Source: Setoptus koraiensis
Taxonomy: Eukaryota > Animalia > Arthropoda
Reading direction: 5' to 3'
Assembly (NCBI GenBank): GCA_048013815.1
Contig: CM106585.1
Coordinates: 7,874,001-7,938,000 of the forward strand
Length of the DNA stretch: 64,000 nucleotides
The position numbers were made by a program, and so were the translations under genes. The notes under the pieces were generated by a model that ran no database searches, had not been told where the DNA came from, and was given only the letters and a program-made list of their open reading frames with translations. Positions 11,628-25,700 of this stretch are shown in pieces (position 1 is the stretch's first letter; every line of letters begins with the position of its first letter).

Positions 11628-12899
11628 CTAATTGTTGTCGTGGGCCATCAATTACAGTGACGATAACATAAATGGTAATAACATAAATATGGTGATAATA
11701 CAAATATTAATTAGTAATCAGTGTAGGCTGGTATGTATTGTTCAACAGGTGATTTGGGCCGGTGTTGGCAGATTTGGCGCGAATGACAAAATTGCGATTT
11801 TATAATCTGTTTACTGTCTTATTTTATCTTTGAACTTTATGTTGTGGTTTGTGTTGCGAGACAGTTGAAAATAAAAATAAATGACGACGACACAACAAAT
11901 ATCATTTATGAGAATGTGTGTCCACTGCAACAAGTTGAAACAAGTTGGGCAAATTTTGTGAGAGTCGATGCTTTTCGGTGGTTACTGTAAGTTTGTGCGT
12001 TTGGTCTTGTAATGATTCTCGCCAATTGCACTCACGACGACGACGACGACAACAACAAAATGTTTCATTGTGCACACAAGTTTTGTCGTTTGTTTGTTTG
12101 TGTTTGTGTCACAACAGCAACAACAACAACAGCAGCAGCAGCAACAACAAGTGAATATAACAACAACGACAACAACAGCGCAACGTTGTCTAACTATCTG
12201 CCGTGAGCAGCAACCATGTTACATATCATGTTTAGACGAACAATTTTACATTTTAAAGGTGGAGTTTAAAGTTTAGAGTTGCGCATGCGCCCTCGACAGC
12301 ATGCGTTACGTAATGGGCAAGAAAAGTTGGCGTTCGTTGCATTCGGTTGTTTCGTGCTGTCGAAATGACTCACTAGTTGACTTGTAAGCCAGAGCGTGGT
12401 GAAAAAGTATGAAAAAACAGTATTTTCGTCGACTGTCATTGTATTTAACTATCGTAAGAGGCGCTGCAACAACCATTCGACAAGCAAGGCACAATTGAGC
12501 GATAATTGAGCGAAAACGATACGTTGCGTAACATGCGTTGATCAACTTTAGTTATTGTTGGCCGATTGCGGTTGGCGGAATATCGACACTCGTCGATATA
12601 ATGTCGATAATTCATTAAACATGAACAATATAATTATTGTGTTTAACATGATTATATTTGCGAGTTGCAACAAATGAAACTGGCCAAACAAAAGTTTCGT
12701 TACAAGACACACAATCGATTTGCGACTAAACAAACTAATTTGTAACACACACACACACACACAAACTAATTGCGGCGACAGGTATCGCATGGCGGCCGTG
12801 GCACAGATAGCGCGCGACCATGCTTAGGCGATCTAATTAGCCCAACCTAATTAGTGTTGCATAACAGTGTGTGCGTAGCCTGCACTGGATGGGATACAG

Positions 12900-12960
12900 C
12901 GGTTACGTAACGGTTACACAACGGTTACACAACGGTTACATAACGGTTACATAACGGTTA
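12900..12960. repeat. 11-bp tandem repeat CGGTTACRYAA x5.5
   Basis: Directly visible. Confidence 0.9.
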
Positions 12961-13236
12961 TATATAAACTGGCCGCTGCCGCGAAAAGTCTCCGGGCAGC
13001 TGGAGTCGTTTTCGGGAAATCTCGGCTTGTGAGCTTGTGCCGATGAGAGCCGAATGAGCGCTCAACGCATGCTGTTGGGTTTGCTGAAAAGTTTCTCATA
13101 ACATTTAGCTAACCTTACACAGCCGATGATGGAAGCGAGCCGAGCGAGGGATAATCGCGTCTGTTGCCCTCTCTCACACTCTCACTGTGACAGATTCTCG
13201 GACAGACTCAATCGGAATCGGATAGACCGAGTCAAA

Positions 13237-13292
13237 CAGAGCGCGTCGGACAGAGCGCGTCGGACAGAGCGCGTCGGACAGAGCGCGTCGGA
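13237..13292. repeat. 14-bp tandem repeat CAGAGCGCGTCGGA x4
   Basis: Four perfect copies. Confidence 0.9.
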
Positions 13293-13519
13293 CAGAGCGA
13301 GCATCGGCGCAATTGGAGCGTCCGCGCGACGCCGAAAGGAAGCCAGTGTGTTGCTTGCTAAGCTAATAATAGCTAATGATTGAGCCGTTGTTGCGTCAAA
13401 CAACAAGCTGCACACTGATCGCTAATCGATAGCTCGATATCGGCGCCACTAACACGATGATTAGGATCATTATGACGACTATTACGCTGCAATGCGAGCA
13501 AACGAGCGCACTCTACCTG

Positions 13520-13571
13520 TTCACTCTTATGTAACTGTTGGCCGCTTCACTCTTATGTAACTGTTGGCCGC
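13520..13571. repeat. 26-bp tandem duplication TTCACTCTTATGTAACTGTTGGCCGC x2
   Basis: Two perfect copies. Confidence 0.9.
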
Positions 13572-15841
13572 TTCACAATATAAACTCTTATGTAACAAGT
13601 GCAAGCTGCCAAGACACTCTCACAAGTTGTCTTGTCAGTGCTCACCAGCTTTTGTTGGCCTGAGAGTGTCGGCCGGGCAACCGCTCAACAGCGACAGCAA
13701 CAGCAAAAGGCTATAGCTGCCAGCTTTACAAGTGTTAGTGGCCGTAGCTGGCACAACGATACAGGCACAAGTTTGCTTTGGCTGGCCGATGCGAGTAATG
13801 CGAGCCGATTGTTCCGATTGCCCCCATAACAACTGTTTGTGTGTTGCGTAATTACCTGTTGTTGTTGTTGTTGTTGTTGGCTGCTAACTGTATTAGTCAC
13901 GATCTGGCTCGCTGTCTCGCTGTCTCGCTGTGTTCAGTGTGAGTGTGTGCTGCCAGTTACAAATGTCATTAGCTAACGGTATTATCATCATCATCATCGT
14001 GGTCGCTCTAATTCTTCGCCTCCTCTAATGACCGTTGCAGCGGGTGTCGCCGTGTCAACTGCGCCGACAACACTGGTCAAGCAACACTTTTCCAGCCGCA
14101 ACCAAACGACCCACAGAAACCGAACGACACCGACAGAGCCGAGAGAAACCGACAGAGCAGAGAGAAACCGACAGAGCCGAGAGAAACTGAACGACACCGA
14201 AAAAACCGAGAGAAACCGAAGGTAACGCAGCCAAGGAAACGCATTGAGAGGAAAGGCGGCGAAATTGATCGCACAATTGATGAGATCCATCGCTTGTGTT
14301 ATTGTCTCTATTGGCAGCGGGCGGCGGGCAGCGGGCAATTGGTGTCGGTTGGCGCCGTTTGCACCAAGCGAAAGCGATCAAAACATCGCCAACAAAACAG
14401 TGTAAGTGCAAGCGAGATTATCGGACACAAACACAACGGTCGATGATGCGGTTACATGACGTAATTACATAGTACAAAGTGACATGATCCCGCCAACGAT
14501 CCACTTCACCTGTCATCGGCGCACCGGTGAGCTGTTCGATCGCACACACAGTTTACGAACGCCGTTTTATCTGTCTGTTTTTATCTGTTATCTGTCTCAT
14601 CCAGTTTATCTGTTATTTTTATCGACTGTGTGTGTTATCAAATTAAATCAAGCACTTAGCTCACTTACACACAATCTGGCAAGTCGCAAGCAATGTAAAT
14701 ACGGCCACAAAAGCCAACAGTTGGTTTAATTAACTCATTTCCCATAAAGTCAATTAATAGCGCGGCGCAAGTGGCACTAATCGCTAAAAACGACGAGAGG
14801 CGCTCTCTTCCTGTCGAGCTCTTTGTCTATTTTGCTTGCGTGTGTGCGCCGTTGAGTGGCCACAATTGACTGGCGAGTCAATTCTGTTTCAATTGAACGG
14901 CAACAGCAACGGCGACGGCCAGACAGGTGTCAATTGCACTTGTTATTTCCGCTTCCGTTAAGTGTGCTCGCCGCTGACGGAGTGGCCAGCCAGCGATAGA
15001 GAGCCAGCGACAGCGAGCCACTGTCTGACTGGTGGGCAACGGGCGCGCAATTGTCGGCACATTTATCACGTTTGAAACGATGTGAAAATGAAAATATTGT
15101 TACATGACATTATGTGATAATTAGGCGCACAATGTGACAGTTTTTTCATCATTTATCATTCGATCTAATTCGCTGCTCAGCGTGACTCGCCCGACGGACC
15201 GTTCTCCATTGTGCGAGCCGAAATTTTCCGCGGAAAATTTCGGCTGTTCGGTTTCACCTGTCGCTCGTATGTGCCGTCGCTCGCATCTGTTGTTGCGCTG
15301 TTGTCGCGCTGTTGTCGAGCCGTTGTTGCGGTTGCATGAGGAGCCGGCGAAAAGCGGAGAAATTGTGCGAATTTCGCGTGATATCAGAGTGTCTAGGCAC
15401 GGGCCGACAGGCAGACAGCGAGCGAGCGAGAGACGCCAAAAATGACAAAAGTGGCGCATTTAATTTTAACGCTCCGACGATTCGCTCTTCGTACGTCCGC
15501 TTCCTATTTGGCCCGGGCTGCGTGCTGTTGGCTGGGCTGGCAGTTGTACTGCCGCCCTCTGCCCATTACGTAATGATGCTGCCACTGCGGCCAACACACT
15601 GACAGTTGGCCAGCCAGTCAACAAGTGGCTGCCGTTTCGTGCCGTCGGCCGCCCAAATGGGCCGAATCTGGCGCGTTGCCATGGCCGCCGCCGCCGCCGC
15701 CGCTGCCAGAATAAAAGAATATATATGTAATAAATGGACCGGCCGTCGCTCATGCGATTACAAATGGCGCCACTATAATTAGCCGGCGTAGCATGGCCGC
15801 GGCGGTTATTTATCAAATAAGTGGAGCCGCTGCTGTTACGT

Positions 15842-15899
15842 AACTCTCACAGTGCGCAACTCTCACAGTGCGCAACTCTCACAGTGCGCAACTTTCACA
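15842..15899. repeat. 16-bp tandem repeat AACTCTCACAGTGCGC x3 plus partial
   Basis: Directly visible. Confidence 0.9.
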
Positions 15900-18866
15900 A
15901 TAAGCAACTCTCGTAATACGTAACAAGCAACTCTCGTATAATACGTTATAAGCAACTATCATATAATACGTAATACGCAGCTCACAGTGAGCATTTGGCA
16001 GTGCGCAACCGTCCGCTGCCAGTCATAATAGCTGTCATAATGGCAATACTAATGATAATAATAATACTAACAATAATAGTGATAATAATAGTGTTGTTGT
16101 TACGTAACGCGGCGCGCTTAGCGGCCAGTTACGTAACAACAATTGTTAGCAGCAGTGGGCAGCGCATATCAGCGCCGCTTCAACGGTCAGCTTCAGTGGT
16201 CAGCTTCAATGGTCAGCTTCAATGGTCAGCTTTAATGGTCAGCGGGCGACGCCGTTGTGCCGGCGCAACCGTCAATGCCGCTCGCCCAAATATTCACTTT
16301 GGCCGCTTTGAGCCGCTCGCAACAAGCCATGTTATGCAATAGCCACATGCACGATAATGGTGACACGTAGGCCTGTGGCATGCGGTTGCACATTGCATAA
16401 AATGCCTGTTACATGTTACATAATAATGACATTACATGCTAACAAGCGCCGTCTCTGTTGGTTTACGTTGGCACATATACAGAAACCAACGGAAACCGGT
16501 GCAGACCAACGAAGACCAATGGCAGAATAGAGAGCCTAGCCAGAGTGAAGAGATGGCAAAAACAAAAGTCAGGTGATCGAGTGATCAGGCGACGAGTGGC
16601 GTGCGTGAGCCAGATACCATAAATACTCTGTGGCAGCTCTGTGGCAGCTCGCAAATACGCAGATATCATGATGATTATGTTATTTCCGGCGCGCTGTAAC
16701 TTCCGACAGGGCAAACAGAGTTTGAGTTATTGCTATCATCGCGCAATGATATTGGCGCATGATGCTGCCGCCGTCGCCGCCGCCGCCGCCGCCGCTCATG
16801 ATTGATGCCGCTCAACGCAAAAACATCGCTCACCTGCCTCATCCATAATCAATTCGACTGGCCGGCAGTCGGTTTATTTCCATGCCCATTACTGCGTTCC
16901 TTTCACCTGTGCTGCCAACGGATGCCCTTTCGATCCGACAACCGACAGCAGCAACAACCGACAACCGACAGCGACCGACGGCAGCAACAGCGACCAGCCA
17001 GGGCAACGGATAATGGGAATATTTGGAATTATTTGCATTGGTTCGGCGCCAATTGGAAAGCGTTTAATGCGTCTAATGCCGGCCAAACTGCTAATCGCCC
17101 GGCAAACATCAACAACAATTTTGCGATCGTTTGCGCGCAATCAAACGTTGAATAGACGTGAGTAGACTCATTCAATGGGCAACATTCAATATGCGAAATG
17201 ATTGATCAATTAGCTAATGCCTCAATTGGCGACTTGTTACATCGGACAGGCGACCCGTTTTGTAATTAGCAATCAGGCCCGCTGATTGGCGTTGCATCAA
17301 TGCCGTTTGTTGCCGTTTGTTGTTGCGAAACGGCGAGTCGGCGAGTCGGCGAGCCTGCGACAACAAACTCAACGAGCCAACAAATTCACAACTTGCGATC
17401 GCTCACAATCGCTCGCTTGCCAAACAAATGAGCCAGTGAGCCGTTTAGTGCCGTACGGTGCCGCAATTATTAATACGGCCGATCGACACCTGAGCGTCGT
17501 TAATTATGCCGCTAACTCGCATCATGACTCGCACCGAGCATCATCAGTATCAGCAACAACAACAACAACAACAACAACAACTGATATTCATATGTTTCGA
17601 GCCACATCGGGCGCGCTTAGCATGGCAGTGTCATGTAACGGCAGCGGTAATGTATCTGCAGCAAATCAGATAACATTATAATATCAGAATAATAGCAGAT
17701 TGTATCTCGAGAGGCCAGCATGGGATTAGAGCTGGATGAAACGTTTGCTTGATTTGCATATTTGGCGCTCACTCACTCAGCCGCTGTAATCGGTGTGTAC
17801 GTATGTCGCTTTCACTGACCCGACAACAAGGTGAGGCGGCCAGTTGAGTGCGTTTGTTTGTTGCCTGGCTACAAGTGCAACAATTAGACGTTAAATCTCG
17901 GATAAACTGGGATAAACGCTGATAACGTGAGTAAATAAACTTAACATCATGTTAACATGATGTAAGCAACCAACTAACACTGCGTTAATGCGCTGATACA
18001 ACAGGCACACACAGATAATTTGCGAGGGAGAGAGAGTCAATTCGAGAGTCAATTCGAGAGGGAGAGAGAGTCAATTCGAGAGGGAGAGAGAGTCAAATTG
18101 AGAGAAACAGAAACGTCTCGTTTGGAATGGTCATGAATGGTGCTGCTGATAAACAGCGAAATCTGGATGCTCGTTGCTTGTTTGGCTGTCATCGGCTAGT
18201 GACCAGCCGATACAGTTTTAATTGTAATGCCGGGCATTACATAACAGTAATTGTGTGTGTAGGCAAGTTACTACTAATTGACGCACAAACACATGAACGA
18301 CAAAAACACACAGGTGAGCTGGCGCACAGGTGAGAGCGAGCAACTCGAGTGTTGAAATGAGAGCGATTACGCGTAATATGCCGGCCAGGCAGACAAGCGC
18401 GACAGCCGACAACAATAACTCGTCTCGCTAATGGACACAAGCGGATTAACCAACTAATTGTTGTTGCTCGCAACACACACATACACTGCTCACATGTATT
18501 ACGTATTATTGCTTATCATTACCTGTTCGTGTTGCGTAACAGCGACAACTACAATCGAACGGCTACACTTATATTATTTACACTTGTATTATTATGGCCT
18601 CTTTGGCTTGCGTTGAGCAGCCAAAGAGGGCGAGCGTCGAGCTTCGAGCGGATTAAGTGGCCTGATTGCGCGTCAAATAAATTGTTGTCGCTGTTGCTGT
18701 GGTCAGCAACCAGTTCAATCAGTTAATTGTTGTTGTTATTTGCAAATGACAGCTCACCATTTGACGCCAGTTTGAGTGACGGGCAGGGGAGCGCGGGGCC
18801 TCCTGCGCTCCCTGTCGCCTGCTGGCCCCGTCGAGCCGAGTCAATGACCCGGCAACAGCAACAGCG

Positions 18867-18906
<40 letters not shown>

Positions 18907-21900
18907 CGACGAGCGAGAGAGACAGGCGAGTGTAAATCATGGATGATTCTTCTGGCGGGATAAATAGAAATAAATGTCTTCCCGTTTTCATTGTTACCGT
19001 TGCGGCGGCGGCGGCGCAATGGATTAGAATAGCGCAACAGCGAGCTAACACGACGAGCGACCGGCCAACTGCAAATAACAAACTGAAAAGGTGAACTCAA
19101 AAGAGAAAGCATCGCGCCACAGAATCGCGCCAACAGCGACACACATACATAAAGATTGCGCAATTGTAATTGTAATTCATCTCAGCAGGATCATCCACAG
19201 TTTTGGTTGGCAGCGCACAGCCACTTGTTACCAAAACTAAACCACCTGTTACATTTGGCTAGACACATGATGTGACCTGATGATGTAAGAGTGTGCAAAG
19301 GCAAGACAATAAACACACAGGCACTTGTTGCGTAACTGGTCCGTTTTGTATATTTGTTGTTGGCCGGTTCGTGTGTGTGAGAAACTTGGGCAACTTGCGA
19401 GAGATCAGAATCACACATGTAAATGTAATCTCAATGTGTCAATCATTGTTGCCGGCTCCATTGCACCTGTTGCATACACAAACGCACTGCAATTGATTCA
19501 ATTCTTGGCTTTGTATTGAGGGCTTTAGTTGGTTGTTAGATTAACTGTTGCCAGCTAAAGAGAGAGGGGCCACTAAAGTCAAAAGTCAATAAGCAAGGAT
19601 TAACCGTTCGCTGGCAATTTCTTCCTGACTTCATCTCAACTCGAAAACAGTTGGCTAACAAATAAGCATGCACGTCACAGGCTATGAATAGTGTGTGTTT
19701 ATATTGAGTTGGCGCATTTACTTTTGCCCATGCAGCTCACCTGTTGAGCCACACTGGACAACAGTGGGCACACCAACAACTGACATGACTAACTAATAAT
19801 TTATTTTATTGTGAGACATACGGTTGACATTTGCATACTTACTGCCCACTGCCCACTGCCCACTGTCTACTACCATACATATGAATTGTATACACAAACT
19901 AATATTGCAAACTGATATATTAGACAACAAATTAACAACAACAGCGAACAAATAAATTTCAACAAAACCAATTTGCAATTCAAGTTATCGCGCGCATTTA
20001 TTTACTGCCGCCTCTTGGCTTGGTTTGGTGGCCGTTGCGTTGGGTGCCCGATCAATGTGTCACCCGACACACACACACATTATTCAATTTACAATATAAT
20101 ATAAAAACATTCGCAATACCTTTCGAATGAGCTGCTCGAAGCTACTGTGAGTTTGTTGTGACTTTTTTACGTTCATTCATTGGTCATTTCCTTGTTGTGT
20201 CGGCCACTTGTTTTATTGCTCATTTCACTACTCGTGCCGATGTGTCGCCGGTTGTCCAGCAATCTCGATAGACTCTCAGATCGGATAGAGACCACAATTG
20301 AGAGGCCAGCAGTGAGCAAGTTCAGCAGCTTGTTGGACAATCGGCACTTGGGCCAGCTCCAATGACCTTGAATCATAAACTGGTCAACAGTGCGCTTAAT
20401 TGCAACAACAAACGCATGTAGCAATATCACGATAATTTAGCCAGTAATTTAATAAGATTGATCTAAAGTCTCAACTGACTGATTCAAATATTTCGAATAT
20501 TGTAAGCGTAACGCGCGAACGGTTCTCGCTCACTCATATAATATTCACCTGTTTGCTGTTGGCATGTTGTTGTTCAACTGTTTGCATCGCATGTGCTCAC
20601 TTTTCTCCCTGTTCACCTGTGCAACTCACCTGTGCTCTCAGCTGACAAGTTCACCTGTGCGAGGCATTACTAAAGTGGCTAATTTGCAAACAATGGACAG
20701 CTCGGGGTGCTGCGTACGTCAACGGCTCATGATTGGGCTCACGTGAAGCGCACGTCAGCGAGTGACTCGGTCAAGTTTCAAATCAACATTTTGGCCAATT
20801 TATAAACTGACTTGTGAATTTGAGAACACTGTTAGCGAAGCGAAGCGGCCAACAACACGCCCGTCATGGATGGTCCATTTCAGATCAAAGCGCCATCTAT
20901 GTCCGACGGAAGCCAATAGGAGCCGAGCCAAAGTGGCGCCATCTATTCTAAGGATAGCTTGGCTAGGAAATTGTATTGTATTGTTGTTGCTGTTGCTGTT
21001 GCTGTTGTAGATAATGAGAGTTGAATGAACTCGCCATGAATTCACATGCCGTGTATCAATATCAAAAGTGTATCGCTAATTATGTGTAACAAGCACACGA
21101 TCGCGTAACTCGACTGGCGATCGATGCAAAAAGTTCAAGTGAAATTGTAATTATTGTATATCTCTAATTATCATTATCTGTGTGTAGTGAGTTTTGTCTA
21201 AAAGTTGTTTAAACAGTGTGTTGTATATGGACACAAATACAGTGATAACAAAAAGCGCTCGTGTGATACATTTTAGCGCTTCTGGTTTGCGCGCATGGTT
21301 CGTTTATTGAAAATTGAAGAAAGCAACAACATTAACAACAACCATTATGCCGAGCTGGTGCGTTTTAGAGCAGCATCCAATCGCAACTGCGATGCCCATT
21401 GCAAAGCAAACGAACCATAACCAGACAACAAACAAACAGACATTGCAAACACATATTACGCAACAAACACATATTACGCAAACAGATATTACATAAGCAG
21501 ACATATTATAAACAGACGGAACGTGCCATATGCCCTGCAAACACAGTTGTTGCGATACACATTTGTCGGCTTGGCCGCGAGGTGGGCGCATTTCTGGCCG
21601 ATTTCTAATTGTCGGCAGCTGCAAACGAGTCAGCATGATCCATGTCGAAATAAGTCATCATACCACATATACAATCTTCGCAGTGTGGTCACTCGTGTGG
21701 CCATTGCACAACGTATTACGTAACAGTGTTTGTGTTGCCGGCCAACCTGATACAAGCTTTTGCGCAATAACAAAAAAGTTTTGGCCAACACAAACAAACG
21801 ACGACAACAACAAGTAAGTAGTCGAGTGAAAAGCAACGTAACAGCACGCTACAAACCATTACAACGTAACAACAAATTGTACTTAACAACAAATTGTTTT

Positions 21901-22718
21901 GCTAACCTTGCTAATCGCTCTAAATCGCCTATAACGTGTGTATTATGTAATGCGCGCCACGTTTTTTGGCGTCGCCCATCATTTGTTGAGAGCGGCACAG
22001 CGAAATTGGTTGTGTCCGATGGTGTGTTCTTTGTTTTATTGTGCATGCCAGTTGCCACACACAAACAAACGTTCACGTTTGACATCAACAACGTCGTTGG
22101 CCGTGTCCGAAATCGTCCAAATGGTTGCGCAACAACCATTTGGCCACACTCAACGCGCCCGGCACACAACGCTGCCGACTATAATTAGATGAAGGTAAAT
22201 TGAGAAAATCTTGGTCATTAGCGTCGTTAATCATGCTCTCTTTTGCCGTGTTGCCGTAGTTGTTGTTGTCGCTGTTGCTGTCGCTGTTGGTGTCGTTGTT
22301 GGTGTCGTTGTTGGTGTTGGTGTCGTTGTCGTTGTTGCCGCTGGTGCAGGCGTGCACAGCTAGCAATGGTAATCGTCGGTATTAAATTATTTGTGTTCAA
22401 TGCGAAACATGATACACAAAGTTGTTTGCCCGATCGCTCACCACGGCAACCGATAGCCTCTACGTGGGCCTACGACAGCCATTGAACTGCCAAACATTTG
22501 GCCAGTCTTTGCGATCACACTCCCACAGACAGCAAACAACAGCAACAACAGCAAATATCCGCCACCGAACAAGATTGATGCGGCGTCTGACGTAATTGAA
22601 TTTATCAAAAAAAGATCGATCAAGCTCGTGTGTGCAGTAGCCATGGCAACAGCAGTTCTTTTGCACTCGCTTCCACATGTGACTCGGCTTCGAGCCGACG
22701 TACACATTTCGGCGTCAA

Positions 22719-22778
22719 CATTATTACGTTTTTGTTAGCATTATTACGTTTTTGTTAGCATTATTACGTTTTTGTTAA
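22719..22778. repeat. 20-bp tandem repeat CATTATTACGTTTTTGTTAG x3
   Basis: Three near-perfect copies. Confidence 0.9.
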
Positions 22779-25700
22779 CATCATTACGCCGAGAGTCACG
22801 GGAGATGATGCCATTATTAGCGCCGCCACCAGTTTGCGATTTCGCCAATTTTCCGACATTTTCGTCATATTTTTCGAGATTTTCGTCATATTTTTCCGAG
22901 ATACGACTCTTGGTATTTTTCCATTGAATTAGCCGATTTGCACAGTGGCAAAAAATAAGAATGAAATAAAAATCTGTGTGCGCTCGCATGCCGAGTGATA
23001 GTGATTGTTGCGCGCGTGACTCGACAAACGGGGTGAACTCGATTCGATTCGGCTCCATCGGATCGGATCAGATTGAATCCGATCGGATCTGCTCGGATCT
23101 GACGGGATGAAATTGCATATCGGATGAAAGAGTCTCGAGTTGATGACCTTCAACTTGAACAATGAATGTTTGCTCGCAAAACGCAACTCGCAACTCGCGA
23201 CTCGCAACTCGCAACTCGCAAATGAATTATCATACAGCCGTCGGTGTGATACAGGTGAGAAGGCAACGAAATAATCCGAGCGAGCGAGCGAGAGCAACCC
23301 TTTCGCATAATCTCTTACGCTGCAATTCTCTGTACAGGCTGTAATAATAGCCCGAGACTCGAGCGCCCAGTCTCGGCACGGCTCGCACAACAGGTCATGC
23401 AAACAAAGTATCTAACAAAGTTACCTGTTGTGCCATGCCAAGCGAAAGTATGCACAGTTCCGAGATTACAAATTGATCCATTCTCGTGCTGGCGAGCAAC
23501 AGAGTCGATCGTTGGCGTGGGCACAACAACAACAACAACAACAACACCGACAACGACGACAACAGCAGCAGCATCGACAACAACAACAATAACAACAGGT
23601 TGCCCCTTGCTGGCCGCACCCGAGCTGCTGGCTACGGCGGCCGATAGAGGCGACTAATTAATTGAGTATCACTAGTTAATTACGGCAGCCATTAGTGAGA
23701 TGGCGCGATTTGGGCTGTTTGCTGTTATCGAGAAACAGTTGGCTGTTTGCATTGGCGTTTGTCGTATTTACTTTTAACTTTTACTAGTCGACTCTCACCT
23801 GTGCTGCCGCATATGTGCAACCATACAAAACAAATACATTGCATGTATCATGACTAGACGACTAATAGATAGACGCCAAAAGGGACAGAGGAAGAGAAAG
23901 AAATGGCCTTGGGCCAAATACATTCAACACCAGTGTTGCGCCGCTTGCTGGCGACGGAATATGTTGCAATTAATATTTTTGCAAACGTTTCTAACAAACT
24001 GTAAATTAAGCCCACTAAACACACGACATTAACTAGCAACTTTGAGATTAGTTAGTTAGTTAGATTAATACATTGTACTTTGGGGGCAGTAAAATGCTTA
24101 GCAATGCAACAACAACAATGTGATATCGACACAATTAGAAATAACTGTTACCATCAGGATAGATTAGCCCACTGTGCCCACAGCTCTCGCTCGCCAGATA
24201 GATTAAAATTAAATTAACCGAAAGCATGCGAGCTGACCCCTTGTCGCTCGTATTATCTCTAAATGGACCATGCTTGCTGTACATGCCGTGATTAGCCACC
24301 TTAAATGAGCGTCACACTCAAAAAAGAAACAATGTGATGAAACGAAAATGTTCAAACATGTTAGAACATGATCAAACGACAGATGGAAGAGGCGAAAATA
24401 TAGCAGCAAAATTTTTGACAATGCTCAAAGTCACGCGACAATGCTGGAAGAGACTGCAAACCGGAAGTCGTGAAATGCATCCAGAAATGTTGCGATGAAT
24501 TTTCAGCGAAATTTGCAACATTTCGGACTCACCGGAAATTACGGCAATTTTTTTTCGGCGAAAAAGTGCGAAAATTTGCGAGCCTCTGAAAATGTCCAGA
24601 TCTTCTATCGAGAACTTTTTAGAACTGCCCAAAACTTGCGAAATATCTCACCACGCAATTAACGCTGACAGTACGTTATGCAACAACAAGCATAGAACTA
24701 TTATGATTGTAGTCTCTTTTTTCGAAGTTGCATTATTTAGAGACGCACACAAACACAAAGGCGATCTGGCGCAATCAAATGACGAGATTTGTTAAGTGAA
24801 AAAAAAAAAAAATAATGCAACATGTTTTGCATAGTGAGATTGAGATAATGAAAACACCACCAGTCAACAATTATCACTGTAACTCAAACTGATGTGATTG
24901 TGCATGAGTGACAGTAGCCACGCTGGAAATTGTCAAGTCGCCATTGTCTGGTCACGGCAATCAGATGAAATTCTTTGTGAGACTTTCGCTCATCGGAGTG
25001 AGATTCAAGCTGAAGAAGCCAACGAAGCTTTTTGCATCATCTCGTCGTCTAGTCATGAGACGATGGCGATATTTTTTGGCCTTTCAGAATCTTGAGTCAA
25101 ATTTTCGAGAGAATGACATGCGGACAGCGCCAAGGCTAGACATCCGGACGACAACAAGTCCAGATGAGGCTAGGCGAAACAACGGAAATATGCTTGAAAA
25201 TACTCACATTCGAGCTGTTGGTGTTTTGTCCACAACGGACAACTAGTCTAGATTAACATCTCTTATTTTGTTTCAGTTGTTGTCGTTGTTGCACTTTATT
25301 GTCGCTTGGGTGTCGTCAAGTTAATTATGCGCGATTGTTGTTTGAAACTTTGCTTTGAGATGCTTTTTTCTATTCGACGCAACGAGATAATGATGTCACT
25401 CACACATGTGCAAACAGTCGCTACTGATGATGAATTTATCACTGCGAATCGACTAATAATATTGTAATTGAACTAATTAATTAGATTTGATTGAGTTGCT
25501 GCTGTTGCTGTTGTTGTTGCTGTTGTCGTTGGCGCTATTGTGGTGGCTTGTCATTCAGTTGCTTGTCGGGCGAAACTTTCATAAAAAGTTTCATTAGAGT
25601 TGTGCACTCAATCAAACGGCACAAACAAATGAGCATCTCACACAATTTAGCAGTTTATACATTCATGCTGGCACTGCCATAAACGCGATAATGATAATAA

